From IMG/VR virus record IMGVR_UViG_2657245648_000004: DNA of 64,000 nt, one strand, 5' to 3'. Source of the stretch: an uncultured virus (IMG/VR IMGVR_UViG_2657245648_000004) (taxonomy: Duplodnaviria > Heunggongvirae > Uroviricota > Caudoviricetes). The translations under genes were made by a program, and so were the position numbers. Shown here one piece after another: positions 28,768-38,687 of the stretch (the first letter of the stretch is position 1; each line of letters begins with the position of its first letter). Under the pieces are notes generated by a model. The model was not told the DNA's origin. It worked only from the letters and a program-made list of their open reading frames with translations, and did not search any database.

Positions 28768-28922
28768 ACACCTCTCAATACAAATGCAGCTAAATCAGCT
28801 TTCGCTTTAGCCAATGCCATAGAGTTTTCGAGAGTTCGATTAAGCACATAAGCCTCAACCGCTTTTTGAAACAAACTAATCTTCCGATTTAGTTCAATGT
28901 CTGCTAATATTGAATGGTTCAT
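28764..28922 (-). CDS. 52-aa hypothetical protein
   Basis: MNHSILADIELNRKISLFQKAVE..., read manually. Confidence 0.6.
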   Translation of the reverse strand: MNHSILADIELNRKISLFQKAVEAYVLNRTLENSMALAKAKADLAAFVLRGV

Positions 28923-28962
28923 TTAATCCACCTTGTTTGAACACTAAGCCTGATTTACGAGA

Positions 28963-29463
28963 TCAGGCTTTTTCTTTCTTTACCTTAGAAATATAAGTTG
29001 CAGCTTCCGACTTAAGCGCCTCTCGAAGTTGGCGAATGTGGTTTTCCATTTCTTCTAAGATTTCTTCTGTATCTGCTAATTCCGCAGGCGTAACAACTCC
29101 ATCCTCTAAAACTTTGTGGACCTGTTGATTGGTTTGGCCATTGTTAATATTTATATGTAGCAAGGTTTCAACAATGCTGACTTCATGGCCTTTCTCATCC
29201 ACTTGATTAGCTGGCACTAGAACATAACCAAGCATGTGTGCCCATGCCTTAACTAAAGCTGGGTTGCGTGTAAACTGAATCATTGCCTCAAGCTTCTTAA
29301 TACTTGGTAAATGGCTTTCCATATTTGGGTTTGCGTAATTAAGTACGCTCTTGTAAGAGTCACCAAGTACGTTTGCAATTTCTTGCGGTGAAATTCCTTG
29401 CGATTGGTGAACAATTTTGTAAATTGCCGTTTTAGCCTCTGGGCTTAAGTGAATTTCACTCAT
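28963..29463 (-). CDS. CII-like phage regulatory protein
   Basis: HTH N-terminus; LEDGVVTPAEL; follows cro. Confidence 0.75.
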   Translation of the reverse strand: MSEIHLSPEAKTAIYKIVHQSQGISPQEIANVLGDSYKSVLNYANPNMESHLPSIKKLEAMIQFTRNPALVKAWAHMLGYVLVPANQVDEKGHEVSIVETLLHININNGQTNQQVHKVLEDGVVTPAELADTEEILEEMENHIRQLREALKSEAATYISKVKKEKA

Positions 29464-29523
29464 ATGTGAATACCTCTTTAAATTTCACGTATACGCACAT
29501 AAGGCGTAAGTGAATAATGGTTC

Positions 29524-29787
29524 CTATGCGGTACGCTTGGGTTTTGTGCTACGTCTTACATAGTCAAAGTCAGCATTTGGGCATAATTCATCGCAACTAA
29601 CTTTTCCGTGGCTTTCTCGGTCTAAGGCAATTGCCAAAGTTGCGCTACAAAAACGAAATTTGTTTACGACTAAACGTAAATAACCAAGAGTTGATCCGCA
29701 TTTTTTTGCAAACTTCTCTTTAGCTTCTTTGTTAGGCAAAGAATTAAGGTAATCAGCAAGTGATTTGGTTGATACTTCCACTTCCAT
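29524..29787 (-). CDS. cro: Cro-like HTH repressor
   Basis: Divergent from cI; LAIALDRES.GKVS..ELCP motif. Confidence 0.82.
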   Translation of the reverse strand: MEVEVSTKSLADYLNSLPNKEAKEKFAKKCGSTLGYLRLVVNKFRFCSATLAIALDRESHGKVSCDELCPNADFDYVRRSTKPKRTA

Positions 29788-29795
29788 TGATAAAC

Positions 29796-29900
29796 CCATT
29801 GATAATTAATTTATCACATGAGTTTATCTTTTGATAATTTTAATTGCAATAGGATAATTAGCAAAATTTATCCCTTATTGTTATCATTTGATAATTAGTT
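29796..29900. promoter_or_regulatory. OR-like operator region
   Basis: Several TTATC/GATAA inverted half-sites between cro and cI; the same motif recurs at 30738-30810. Confidence 0.65.
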
Positions 29901-29920
29901 GGCTTATGAATGTTGTGTCC

Positions 29921-30670
29921 ATGAATCTTAAAGAAATACGTCGTAAGAACTTGCGTAAGCTAATTGACCAGTTACTTTCTGACAAAATTTACGAGCGTCA
30001 AGAAGACTTTGCAGTTGCTGTAGGCATCGACAAAACCTATCTCTCTCAAATGCTTATGGAGCCTGATCAAAAAGGTTCACGAGGTGTTAGCGAGGCGAAA
30101 GCGCGGCAGATTGAAAAAGAGTTAAATTTAGAGGCAAATTTTCTGGACCTACTTGATGAATCAAGTCCGTTTGGTAAAAGTAAAATTGAGAATGGTGTTA
30201 TTCGTCCTGCTTCAAACCTTGATGATTCAGGTGACTATGTAATTATTCCGATGTATGACATTAAAGCTGCATGTGGTAATGGTTATACAAATGAAGATGA
30301 ATTGATTAAAGGCGGGCTGGTTTTTAAAGAAAGTTTTATCCGTAAATGTGGGCTTTCGTTAAGCCATGAAGATACCGGTATTATTACTGGTGATGGTAGA
30401 AGCATGGAGCCAACAATCAATCATACGGATGCTATTCTTACAGACCTACGAGTAAAAACGATTGATCAAGTCATTAGTGATAAAGTTTACGCTTTTGTTG
30501 CAAATAAAGAGTTAAGAATAAAAAGACTTTTTAGAAAAACCAACGGCGGCTTAAGAATTGTTAGTGATAATCCCGACAAAGAAACCTTTCCAGATGAGCA
30601 CATTGAAAAGGAAGATTTAGATGCCATTCAAATTAAAGGTTTAGTACGCTGGAGATGCGGAGAAGTATAA
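29921..30670 (+). CDS. cI: CI-like repressor (HTH plus S24 peptidase)
   Basis: HTH; AACGNG cleavage region; GRSMEPTI serine; IKRL lysine. Confidence 0.92.
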   Translation: MNLKEIRRKNLRKLIDQLLSDKIYERQEDFAVAVGIDKTYLSQMLMEPDQKGSRGVSEAKARQIEKELNLEANFLDLLDESSPFGKSKIENGVIRPASNLDDSGDYVIIPMYDIKAACGNGYTNEDELIKGGLVFKESFIRKCGLSLSHEDTGIITGDGRSMEPTINHTDAILTDLRVKTIDQVISDKVYAFVANKELRIKRLFRKTNGGLRIVSDNPDKETFPDEHIEKEDLDAIQIKGLVRWRCGEV

Positions 30671-30737
30671 AAATATAAAAAATTACATTATCAGCCTGAT
30701 AAATAATCAGGCTTTTTTATTGCCTTAATAATCATAC

Positions 30738-30810
30738 AATTATCAAAAATGATAAATTTATTTATCATTTGCTATTGCTAACTAAATTATCTTTTGATAA
30801 TTTTATCTCG
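30738..30810. promoter_or_regulatory. OL/pL-like operator region
   Basis: ttatcaaaaatgataa and ttatcttttgataa palindromes. Confidence 0.6.
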
Positions 30811-30873
30811 TAGACAACAAAAAAGCACACCGACCGCTAAATCTGATGTGCTTTGCAAACTGCGAGATCAATT

Positions 30874-31314
30874 ATGAACGTAAAAACCTTTTCAAACAAG
30901 CATAAGGTAACTGGAGTTACAGCAATTGCTGTACTTGTAGCCTTGAGTTCTTGTGAATATCGAACTGCTAATTCTAGCGTCCCTTCTAATTACTCATATG
31001 AAAGCGAGCAAGTCGTTGCTTCTGAATATGAACTTCTGGCTGTTAAGAAAACTGGAGAAAAATCTGGTGAAGCAGTTATCCGCATTGACGGCTTCAAATT
31101 AAACGTAAGCTTCGATTTTGACGGCGTAGCTGATAGCTATGGTGTAGCTGGATCTGATTTTACAGCAGCTGAAATTACTAACCTTGCTATTGAGTCAGTA
31201 ACTGACTTAAGCGGCAAACCTTGGAATGATTTCACCAATCATGACGACCATAAAAACATAAATATTTTATTAGCGGGCTATATCGACCGTAATAAATGGT
31301 TGGAGGCAGCCTAA
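30874..31314 (+). CDS. Putative lipoprotein, first early-left gene
   Basis: Hydrophobic stretch ending LSSC. Confidence 0.55.
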   Translation: MNVKTFSNKHKVTGVTAIAVLVALSSCEYRTANSSVPSNYSYESEQVVASEYELLAVKKTGEKSGEAVIRIDGFKLNVSFDFDGVADSYGVAGSDFTAAEITNLAIESVTDLSGKPWNDFTNHDDHKNINILLAGYIDRNKWLEAA

Positions 31315-31920
31315 TGAAAGATTATAACTACCCTATTTGCAAGAAGATGATTCCTGTTGACCGTTCAAAAATCAAAGCTGGTGATAAGGTTTCATTTTGC
31401 AGAGTAACCCAATCTTCTAAATCTGCACGTTTTTCTTCAAGAGAAGGAATTGTCAATTGCCTTGAAGGTGATCTGGTTTTAGTTAAATATCGCAAAGAAA
31501 TTATTCCTTTAAATATTAAGGACGTCTCACCTGTTGATGCTCCTAGCCCGCTTACGTATGCCTTTGTTGGTACATGCGAATGTAAGGAGGCTGAACATGT
31601 CTAATTTCAAAAAACATCCTGACGGCTACAAGTCTTATTTGGGCCGTGATGATAAAGGTCTTTATTCCGTACGTATTAAGTGGGCTATCTATGCTGCAAA
31701 CGCTAACGGCTCAGTACTTTACGAAATTAAAGATGGCGTTAAAAAGCCACTTAATGTTGAGCAATTTAAAGCTAAGGAACCAAAGATTTTCGCTTCTCTT
31801 ATGCAAGTAATCGACTTCCAACGCAGAAAGCAGCTCGCTATAAAACTGCGTGAAACAAACATTCCTACTTATGACCGCAAAGCTTATAAAACTAAGCGCG
31901 GCTTCACTGGCTCAAGATAA
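31314..31920 (+). CDS. Two hypothetical proteins (31314-31604, 31597-31920)
   Basis: Coupled ORFs. Confidence 0.6.
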
Positions 31921-31930
31921 GGATAATAAA

Positions 31931-33052
31931 ATGGCTCTACCGATTATTACTGCTGACCAAACTTTATTGGTTCAAGCAATTATTGTGTACCTATACGCTG
32001 ATCCGGGTTTAGGTAAATCATCGATGGGCTTTACTGCGGAAAAAGCAATTTCTTTTGACTTTGACCGTGGTGCTCACCGTACTGGTGAATTACGTCGTGG
32101 TGCGGTTGTACAGGTTCAACAATGGAGTGATGTTGCAAACCTTACTCCGCAGGACTTAGCACCATATAAAACCGTAGTCATTGATACCGTGGGTGCAATG
32201 CTTGAATGCATTAAAACCCATCTATTGCTAACTGCTAATAACCGTCAAAAAGATGGCTCTTTAAAGTTAAAGGCTCAAGGTTTAGCGAACCAAACATTCA
32301 AGCAATACATCAATACTTTGATCAGTTTAGGTAAAGATGTTGTTTTCATTGCACACGCATCAGAAGATCAAAATGGTGATCAAATTATTTACCGACCAGA
32401 TTTAGGTGGTAAAAACCGTAACGAGCTTTACCGTATCGCAGATGTCATGGGTTATCTAACAACTGTTACTACAGGTGAAGGTAAAAATGCCCGCGTTATT
32501 AATTTTAAACCCTCGCCTACACATCATGCGAAAAACTCAGGTGCTTTAGGCGGTGAAACCGGTGAAGTATGGGTACCTGATCTTAAAGCACACCCTACTT
32601 TCTTGGCTGACCTGATTACTCAAGCTAAAGATCACATTAACACCTTAACGCCTGCACAACTTGCAGCAGCTAAAGCCCAAGAAGAGCTAGAAAACTGGAA
32701 ACAAAGCTGTGAGGAAGCAGAGCATGCAGGTGACCTTAATCAATTAACTGAGTCGCTTGATAAAGAACATATGTATTACCAGAACATGCGCCAAGCAATG
32801 TTAATGAGGGCTAAAGCATTGAATTGCACGTTTGATAAGCAACGTGGCACTTGGATTAGTCCACCTGAATTTAACGGTATCTCAGATCAACAAAGAGATG
32901 AACTTCAAAACTTTATTGCTGAACGGGGCCTCGATGTAAAAACAGTTTGTGAGCACTTCGGCATAGATGCCCTTATTCAAATTGAAGCGGCAAAGCTAAC
33001 AGCAGTTAAACAAGACATTGAAACTTTGGCGAAAACGGGGATGACAGCATGA
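31931..33052 (+). CDS. AAA_24/Sak4-like P-loop recombination ATPase
   Basis: YADPGLGKS Walker A, VVIDT Walker B, VFIAH. Confidence 0.8.
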   Translation: MALPIITADQTLLVQAIIVYLYADPGLGKSSMGFTAEKAISFDFDRGAHRTGELRRGAVVQVQQWSDVANLTPQDLAPYKTVVIDTVGAMLECIKTHLLLTANNRQKDGSLKLKAQGLANQTFKQYINTLISLGKDVVFIAHASEDQNGDQIIYRPDLGGKNRNELYRIADVMGYLTTVTTGEGKNARVINFKPSPTHHAKNSGALGGETGEVWVPDLKAHPTFLADLITQAKDHINTLTPAQLAAAKAQEELENWKQSCEEAEHAGDLNQLTESLDKEHMYYQNMRQAMLMRAKALNCTFDKQRGTWISPPEFNGISDQQRDELQNFIAERGLDVKTVCEHFGIDALIQIEAAKLTAVKQDIETLAKTGMTA

Positions 33053-34125
33053 AAAATATTTTAACTGCTCAAGAAGCATTTGCAGCACTTCAAAAAGGTA
33101 AAACTGTTCTATGTCGTCCTATTGGAGACATGTTGGACTTTTCTGACTTAGATCAATTCCCCGCTTCTGTTTTTGGTAAACCGGGTTTTGAATTCTGCAT
33201 CAAAATCGAAACTATTGAGCTGGCTGGCATTACATTCACAAAGCCATTAACTATTGATGAATATGAGGAAGGACAGGATGTTTTTGTAATTACTACATAT
33301 TCGCCTTCTATTTACGTCGTGAATTTTAGAACCACCGCATTAATTGAATCTATTAATAGCGGCTTTGTTCAACGTGATGCAGAAAACGCCAAGCTTCAAT
33401 TAAAAGCACTATCTAAAGCGTTAGGTTTTGAAGTTAGTGACGATTTTAGTGTTATTCGCCTAGGTGACGAACCAAAGAAACAGCGTGCTAAGAAATCAAA
33501 AGGTGCACAGACAGTAGTTGTAGAAAAGACTTCTGAAATTGTTGATGAAGTTAAACAACCTACAATTGTTATTACTGAGCAAACAAATGTAACTACTTCT
33601 GAAGACTCATTGGTGCAATCCGAAGATATTTCAGAAAATATAGGATCAGCTTTAGATAGTGCGATTGTTATTACAGAACAACCTTATGTGTCTTCACCTG
33701 AAGATTTTTTAACTCAGCCTACACCTGAGCAAGAAAAAAACAATGAGTATCAGCAAACCCTAGATACTCTTCTACAGCGTGTAAAAGAGTCAAAAACACC
33801 TGCAGAAGTAAATGCGGTTTATCGTTATACCCGCACATGGGATGACGAACAAATGAAGCCTATCCTTCTCGCCACTCACAAACGTCTTGAAGAGCTAGAA
33901 AAAGAAAAGGCATCTGCGAATGAGCCACCCTCTTTAATGGTTCAAATCCAAACTGCACCAGACCTTACAACGCTAGATGCTTTGGAAATAGACGTGGCTG
34001 CACGAGATCCGCAGATTCAACCGAAGCTAATGGGGTATGTGAGAAAACGCCGCTATGAATTAGAAAATCCAGCAGTTTCTCAACCAGAAGCAGAGCCTGA
34101 TTATCTATTAGTGGATGGCTTCTAA
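33049..34125 (+). CDS. Hypothetical protein with acidic linker
   Basis: 358 aa ORF coupled to the ATPase. Confidence 0.7.
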   Translation: MKNILTAQEAFAALQKGKTVLCRPIGDMLDFSDLDQFPASVFGKPGFEFCIKIETIELAGITFTKPLTIDEYEEGQDVFVITTYSPSIYVVNFRTTALIESINSGFVQRDAENAKLQLKALSKALGFEVSDDFSVIRLGDEPKKQRAKKSKGAQTVVVEKTSEIVDEVKQPTIVITEQTNVTTSEDSLVQSEDISENIGSALDSAIVITEQPYVSSPEDFLTQPTPEQEKNNEYQQTLDTLLQRVKESKTPAEVNAVYRYTRTWDDEQMKPILLATHKRLEELEKEKASANEPPSLMVQIQTAPDLTTLDALEIDVAARDPQIQPKLMGYVRKRRYELENPAVSQPEAEPDYLLVDGF

Positions 34126-34126
34126 T

Positions 34127-35507
34127 ATGAAAGATCAGTACAAGAAAGTAAGCCAAAAACACATGCTTGGTTTTATGTACTACTTGCAATTGCTGGGCTA
34201 TGTAATAGTCCGGCAAGGCATGGATCAAGCAATGTTTCTAACCAAACATTATGCGGTACCAGTCGCTTGGCGCCGCATAACGATCGACTATCACAACCGA
34301 TTAAACAAACCCGCTCAACAACTTTATAAAGAGTTTGTTGAGTGGACTAAAGAAGAATATTTGAGGGCTTAGGTAATGATTGATCTAAATAAAAAAAGAG
34401 AAGCTTTTGAAAGATTTCATGCCAAAAAATGTAATTGCAGTTATGAAAGTTTAAAACGTCAACTAGATAGACAAGAGGCACTAACAGGACACAGATATTT
34501 ACCAACTAGTCCTCGTCATGAAGCTTGGTTGATTTGGGATGCCGCATGGAATGACGCCAGTGCTCAGGTGTTGCCGACTTGGATCAGCGTGGATGATGAA
34601 TGGCCGCCAACTGACATAATGGTACTTATTTGTTGGGCTGATGCACCTGATGTTACCCCCGAACAAGACTATATGACTATTGATGAAGATTTAAATAGTG
34701 TATGGGCAAATTATCATAATGATGCGCCTTCACACTGGATGCATTTTCATAGTGTGCCAAACGTATCGGGAGCTGAAGGATGAGTGAATCAACTTTATGG
34801 GCAGTTGCAATGCGACCTGAAGGCGATAGCCCTTTTAAACAAACCCCAGCAGCCTCAAAAGAGATAGCGGAGCGAGCTGTTGATCGTTATAGAAAAATGC
34901 ATGAAAAGGAAGGCAACAACTTTTTCTTAGAAATTTTCGATGATGTTATCAAAGTCCAGAAATGGCACGGCACCCGTAAGGATCATATTAAAAAACTATT
35001 TTATGTAGAAAGCTGGTTCAACCAAGCAATGTATCAATGCTTTGATTTGAAGACTGCTGAACGTGTTTTTAAATTTGATGAAATTGTAATTTGCTACAAG
35101 AAAGGTTCTGCTCCCCTTGTAACCAAAAGCTTTGATGAGGCAAAACAATTTTACGGATATGGAGCTGAGGAATGAAATATCAAATACAACCAACACAAGT
35201 ACCGGATGATTTAAATAGCTGCTGGTTCCATCCTGATATAGAGCTACATGACACAATTGGAGAGCATGCTGAGTTTTATACAAAAGAACAATGGGCACAA
35301 CTGCAAAAGAACCTTGGTGTTTCTATAAAAATCGAAAACCTTGACTATTGGGATATTGAAGAGATTCCAGAAGATAATCTTAGTGATTGGTCCAACTGGA
35401 AGCCGCAGCCACCACAAGAAGGCTTATTTCTAATAGCAGCATTTGATTCAGAAAATGGCCCTGTTCTTTGGTGGGCAAACCCTAAAGCGGAAAGTAAGGA
35501 GGAGTAA
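34127..35507 (+). CDS. Four early hypothetical proteins (34127-34372; 34376-34783 DUF551-like; 34780-35175; 35172-35507)
   Basis: Coupled ORFs; WISVDDEWP..SHWM motif in the second. Confidence 0.65.
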
Positions 35508-35708
35508 ATGGAGATTGATCGTCGTGTACGTGCTAAAGAATTTATGATGCTAATGTCTATTGGCCGGACTAAATTCTATCGCATGATCAAGAATGGTGAA
35601 ATTCCACAACCAATTAAGGTTAGTGAGAAAGAAGTGTTTTGGCACGAATCTAGTGTTAAGAAAGTTGTCGAAAAACACAAAGATAATTCTGATATGATAG
35701 CCTGCTAA
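35508..35708 (+). CDS. alpA: AlpA-family excisionase/RDF
   Basis: IGRTKFYRMIKNGEIPQPIK..W; adjacent to att. Confidence 0.85.
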   Translation: MEIDRRVRAKEFMMLMSIGRTKFYRMIKNGEIPQPIKVSEKEVFWHESSVKKVVEKHKDNSDMIAC

Positions 35709-35739
35709 TTGCAGGCTTTCTTTTAAGTCGAGTGTGTTT

Positions 35740-35990
35740 AAAAACGGGTAATTAAACGGGTAACACTCTAGCCATTTAGAATTTAATTGATCATTTTCAA
35801 AAGGTTAAGATGAACAAGATAGTTGTAAAGAATAATAAGTGTCGATGTTTATTTTAATTCTCTATAGTTCCTTTTTTAAAGCTAAGTTATTGAATTATAA
35901 AAGTTGCTGTTCTTATTAGTTCCTTATAGTTTGTTTACATCCTCCAAAAAAACGGGTAATAATGCGGGTAACAAACTACTTACCCTTACC
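35740..35990. mobile_element. attP-like junction between tandem prophages
   Basis: Arm-type direct repeats AAACGGGTAA at 35742, 35754 and 35950, ATGCGGGTAA at 35962, inverted TTACCC at 35980; IHF-like site at 35883-35895. Confidence 0.75.
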
Positions 35991-35992
35991 TC

Positions 35993-37207
35993 ATGGCCTC
36001 TGCAAAACTTTCTGATCTTAAAATTAAAGCACTGAAACCTAAAGAAAAAGTCTACAGAATATTAGATGCAGATAGACTTTACATAGAAGTCCGACCTTCA
36101 GGTGCTAAAGTTTGGCGGTTTAAGTTTGTTTTTAATGGTAAAGAATCTTCTATGAGTCTTGGCGAATACCCAGCTATTACTTTGGCAGACGCTAGAATCT
36201 TAAAGGATGAAATGCGAGCAAAATTAGCCAAAGGCATACACCCAGTAGAAGATAGACAAAATAATAAGGCCAAGGCATTAGAAGAAGGAAAAAATACATT
36301 CAACGCTATTGCAGCCGAATTTAAAGAAAAACGTATGACGTTGAAGTCTGAAATTTATCAAGAGAAGTTCGATACTGCTTTAGAAAAAGATATATGCCCA
36401 GTTATTGGCAAAAAAAATATTAAAGATGTGACTGCGGCTGACGTATTGAAGATTTTAAATAATACGATTAATCGTGTTACTAAAGAAACCAATGGAAAAA
36501 TGACAGGTGAATCTGCCGCTTTACAAAATCGAAGATTCATTGGTGCTGTAACCCGTTATGCAATTGCCACATTGCGACTAGAGAATGACCCGACTTATGC
36601 TGTACGCGATGTTATCAAGCGCCCTCGTGTAAAACATGCAAGAGCCTTAACCAAAGAAGAAAGAAAAAAAGCAAGAACTCAATTGCCTAAATACAATGGA
36701 ACAGAAACGGTCAAAAATGCTGGCTTCATTCTCTTATATACAATGCTTCGGGCAATTGAAATTAGAAAAATGCAATGGAAATGGGTCGAGTTTGATACAA
36801 GACTTATTAGATTTCCAGAAGAGGCAATGAAAAAATCCAGAATCCATATTCTCCCTATATCTGACCAAGTTTATGAAGTTCTTAAACGCCAATATACTAT
36901 TTCTGGTGATAGCGAATTAGTTTTCCCTGCTATTTTCAGTAAGAAAAATGATGGCATGTTAGCTAAAGAAACGCTTAACAGTATGCTTGAATATATTGGC
37001 TTAAAAGGCGTTACCACTCATGATTTTAGAGCTACAGCTTCTACCCTACTATATGAAAAGGGCTATGAGGAAGCTTGGGTAGAAAAACAGCTTGCTCATG
37101 CTGAATCTAACAAGACAAAAGCATCGTACGACCATTCGCAGCACTTAGAGGCTAGACGGAAAATGATGCAAGACTGGGCTGATATTGTAGATAGTTGGAA
37201 AGACTAA
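35993..37207 (+). CDS. int: Tyrosine integrase (P4-like, with arm-binding domain), probably belonging to prophage 2
   Basis: SLGEYPAITLADAR; catalytic R (MLRAIE), HDFR, LAH, Y. Confidence 0.95.
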   Translation: MASAKLSDLKIKALKPKEKVYRILDADRLYIEVRPSGAKVWRFKFVFNGKESSMSLGEYPAITLADARILKDEMRAKLAKGIHPVEDRQNNKAKALEEGKNTFNAIAAEFKEKRMTLKSEIYQEKFDTALEKDICPVIGKKNIKDVTAADVLKILNNTINRVTKETNGKMTGESAALQNRRFIGAVTRYAIATLRLENDPTYAVRDVIKRPRVKHARALTKEERKKARTQLPKYNGTETVKNAGFILLYTMLRAIEIRKMQWKWVEFDTRLIRFPEEAMKKSRIHILPISDQVYEVLKRQYTISGDSELVFPAIFSKKNDGMLAKETLNSMLEYIGLKGVTTHDFRATASTLLYEKGYEEAWVEKQLAHAESNKTKASYDHSQHLEARRKMMQDWADIVDSWKD

Positions 37208-37398
37208 AAACTTTGCTTCTTATCAAAGGTCCATCTTTTGCCATTGTAAGACACAGTTCCATCCAAATTAATAGGCAACTCTTTTAATGAATAGTCATAG
37301 ATTTTAAGAACATTCCCGTTCTTATCTAAATCAGCGGGTAGATTGCAAGTATTCTCCATTCTGCCCACTTCCGAAACCATGATCATGACTTGCGACAT
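37204..37398 (-). CDS. Small hypothetical protein at the end of the late operon
   Basis: MSQVMIMVSE..; stop overlaps the int stop. Confidence 0.6.
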   Translation of the reverse strand: MSQVMIMVSEVGRMENTCNLPADLDKNGNVLKIYDYSLKELPINLDGTVSYNGKRWTFDKKQSF

Positions 37399-37517
37399 CA
37401 CAAAGCCCTTACACAAATCGAGACATTCACATTACTATTAATAGTGTGAGCTGTGCAACCTGAGAATAGGAGGCACAGCAATGTGATGATCGATGCAACT
37501 TTGGTACGTTTACACAT
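37398..37517 (-). CDS. 39-aa lipopeptide after the endolysin
   Basis: MCKRTKVASIITLLCLLFSGC lipobox, then TAHTINSNVNVSICVRAL. Confidence 0.6.
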   Translation of the reverse strand: MCKRTKVASIITLLCLLFSGCTAHTINSNVNVSICVRAL

Positions 37518-37522
37518 ATAAG

Positions 37523-38077
37523 TTACTTCTTTAAAAAGAGTGCTCGTTCTGCTTCTCGGCGACGAACTAGGCCCTTCATAACCTTGCCACCTGCTTTGTT
37601 CCAAACTAGGAATTGATCAGCAGCACCTTGATAGTCACGTTTATTGAGTTTCTTTAATAAGGTTGAATTATTAAAAGCACCAGAGCCAATGTTGTAAGTC
37701 AGCGATACTAATGCATCAAACTGATTTTGAGTTAAAGGTACAGTTACCGATTCATTTACAGTCTTTTCAAATTTGGCTAAGTCATGCTTAAAGTAAGTCT
37801 TAGCTTGCTCAGGTGTGCAAGTATCACCTTGCTTAACCTTCACGCCATTTGGATAAACTGTTGTGCCAGTGCCAATAGTCCAGACTCCTACACCATCGTC
37901 ATAAGCTTTGAATCGTGTGTCTTCAAATCCTGAAATTAGATTTACACCAACATCACTTGTAGTCATGCCAGAAGGCGCAAGTTTATCGACCACCTTATTT
38001 AGATCATCTACTTGTGCTTGTGTAAGCTTGCCACCTGCAATCACACGAGCAGCATCAAAGAATGGTTTAGTTGTCAT
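37523..38077 (-). CDS. Endolysin, GH24 lysozyme
   Basis: FE..AYDDGVGVWTIGTG catalytic triad; QNQFDALVS..YNIG; GLVRRREAE. Confidence 0.93.
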   Translation of the reverse strand: MTTKPFFDAARVIAGGKLTQAQVDDLNKVVDKLAPSGMTTSDVGVNLISGFEDTRFKAYDDGVGVWTIGTGTTVYPNGVKVKQGDTCTPEQAKTYFKHDLAKFEKTVNESVTVPLTQNQFDALVSLTYNIGSGAFNNSTLLKKLNKRDYQGAADQFLVWNKAGGKVMKGLVRRREAERALFLKK

Positions 38078-38285
38078 TGGATTCACCTTTCTTTTTCTCT
38101 AACTCAGAGCTACCAAAATAAAAGCCACATGCAGTTGTCATAGCCCCAGCAATAAAACCCAATGCCGTATTAATCAGATTGCTGTTTTCTCGCGGCATAT
38201 CCACAAAAAATAAAGCAATCACTAAAACAAACATCAGTCCCACTAATGCGAAAGCTAGATAAGCTCTTGTGTTTTCACTATTCAT
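38067..38285 (-). CDS. Holin-like protein (2 TM)
   Basis: Two TM helices, FYFGSS motif, upstream of the endolysin. Confidence 0.75.
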   Translation of the reverse strand: MNSENTRAYLAFALVGLMFVLVIALFFVDMPRENSNLINTALGFIAGAMTTACGFYFGSSELEKKKGESNDN

Positions 38286-38638
38286 CGTCCTGCTTCCTCT
38301 AACCGTGAAACCTTCTCTTTAATTAAAGATTGATCTTGGCTTAATTGAATAATTGAAGATCCAACCCAAGCGCACAGCGAAAATACGATTCCTGCAAAGA
38401 TGCCAAGCAGTACACGCAATACAGAAATTCCACCATCTTGCGCTGCTGTGCGGTTTTCTAAATTGGCGACTTTGATATCCAATGTATCGATATCCTTTTT
38501 GTTCTGTTCGCTAGTCTCTTTGTGTGCTTCATTAATAAAAGTCAGTCGAGTAACATGATCTGACAACATGCGAATATCACTCTGAATTGAGTCAATTTTC
38601 TTTTCAAATCTCAACCCGTATGATTCATTTTCAGTCAT
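38282..38638 (-). CDS. Coiled-coil plus TM lysis-cassette protein
   Basis: Coiled coil followed by a hydrophobic helix. Confidence 0.65.
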   Translation of the reverse strand: MTENESYGLRFEKKIDSIQSDIRMLSDHVTRLTFINEAHKETSEQNKKDIDTLDIKVANLENRTAAQDGGISVLRVLLGIFAGIVFSLCAWVGSSIIQLSQDQSLIKEKVSRLEEAGR

Positions 38639-38687
38639 GCCTTCCCCCTTTCGTTTAGGCAATAAAAAAGCACCCGGTTGGGTGCTG

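Noticed and set aside
37200..37210. att site downstream of the integrase
   Set aside because: The int stop overlaps the next gene's stop, and the arm repeats are upstream of int
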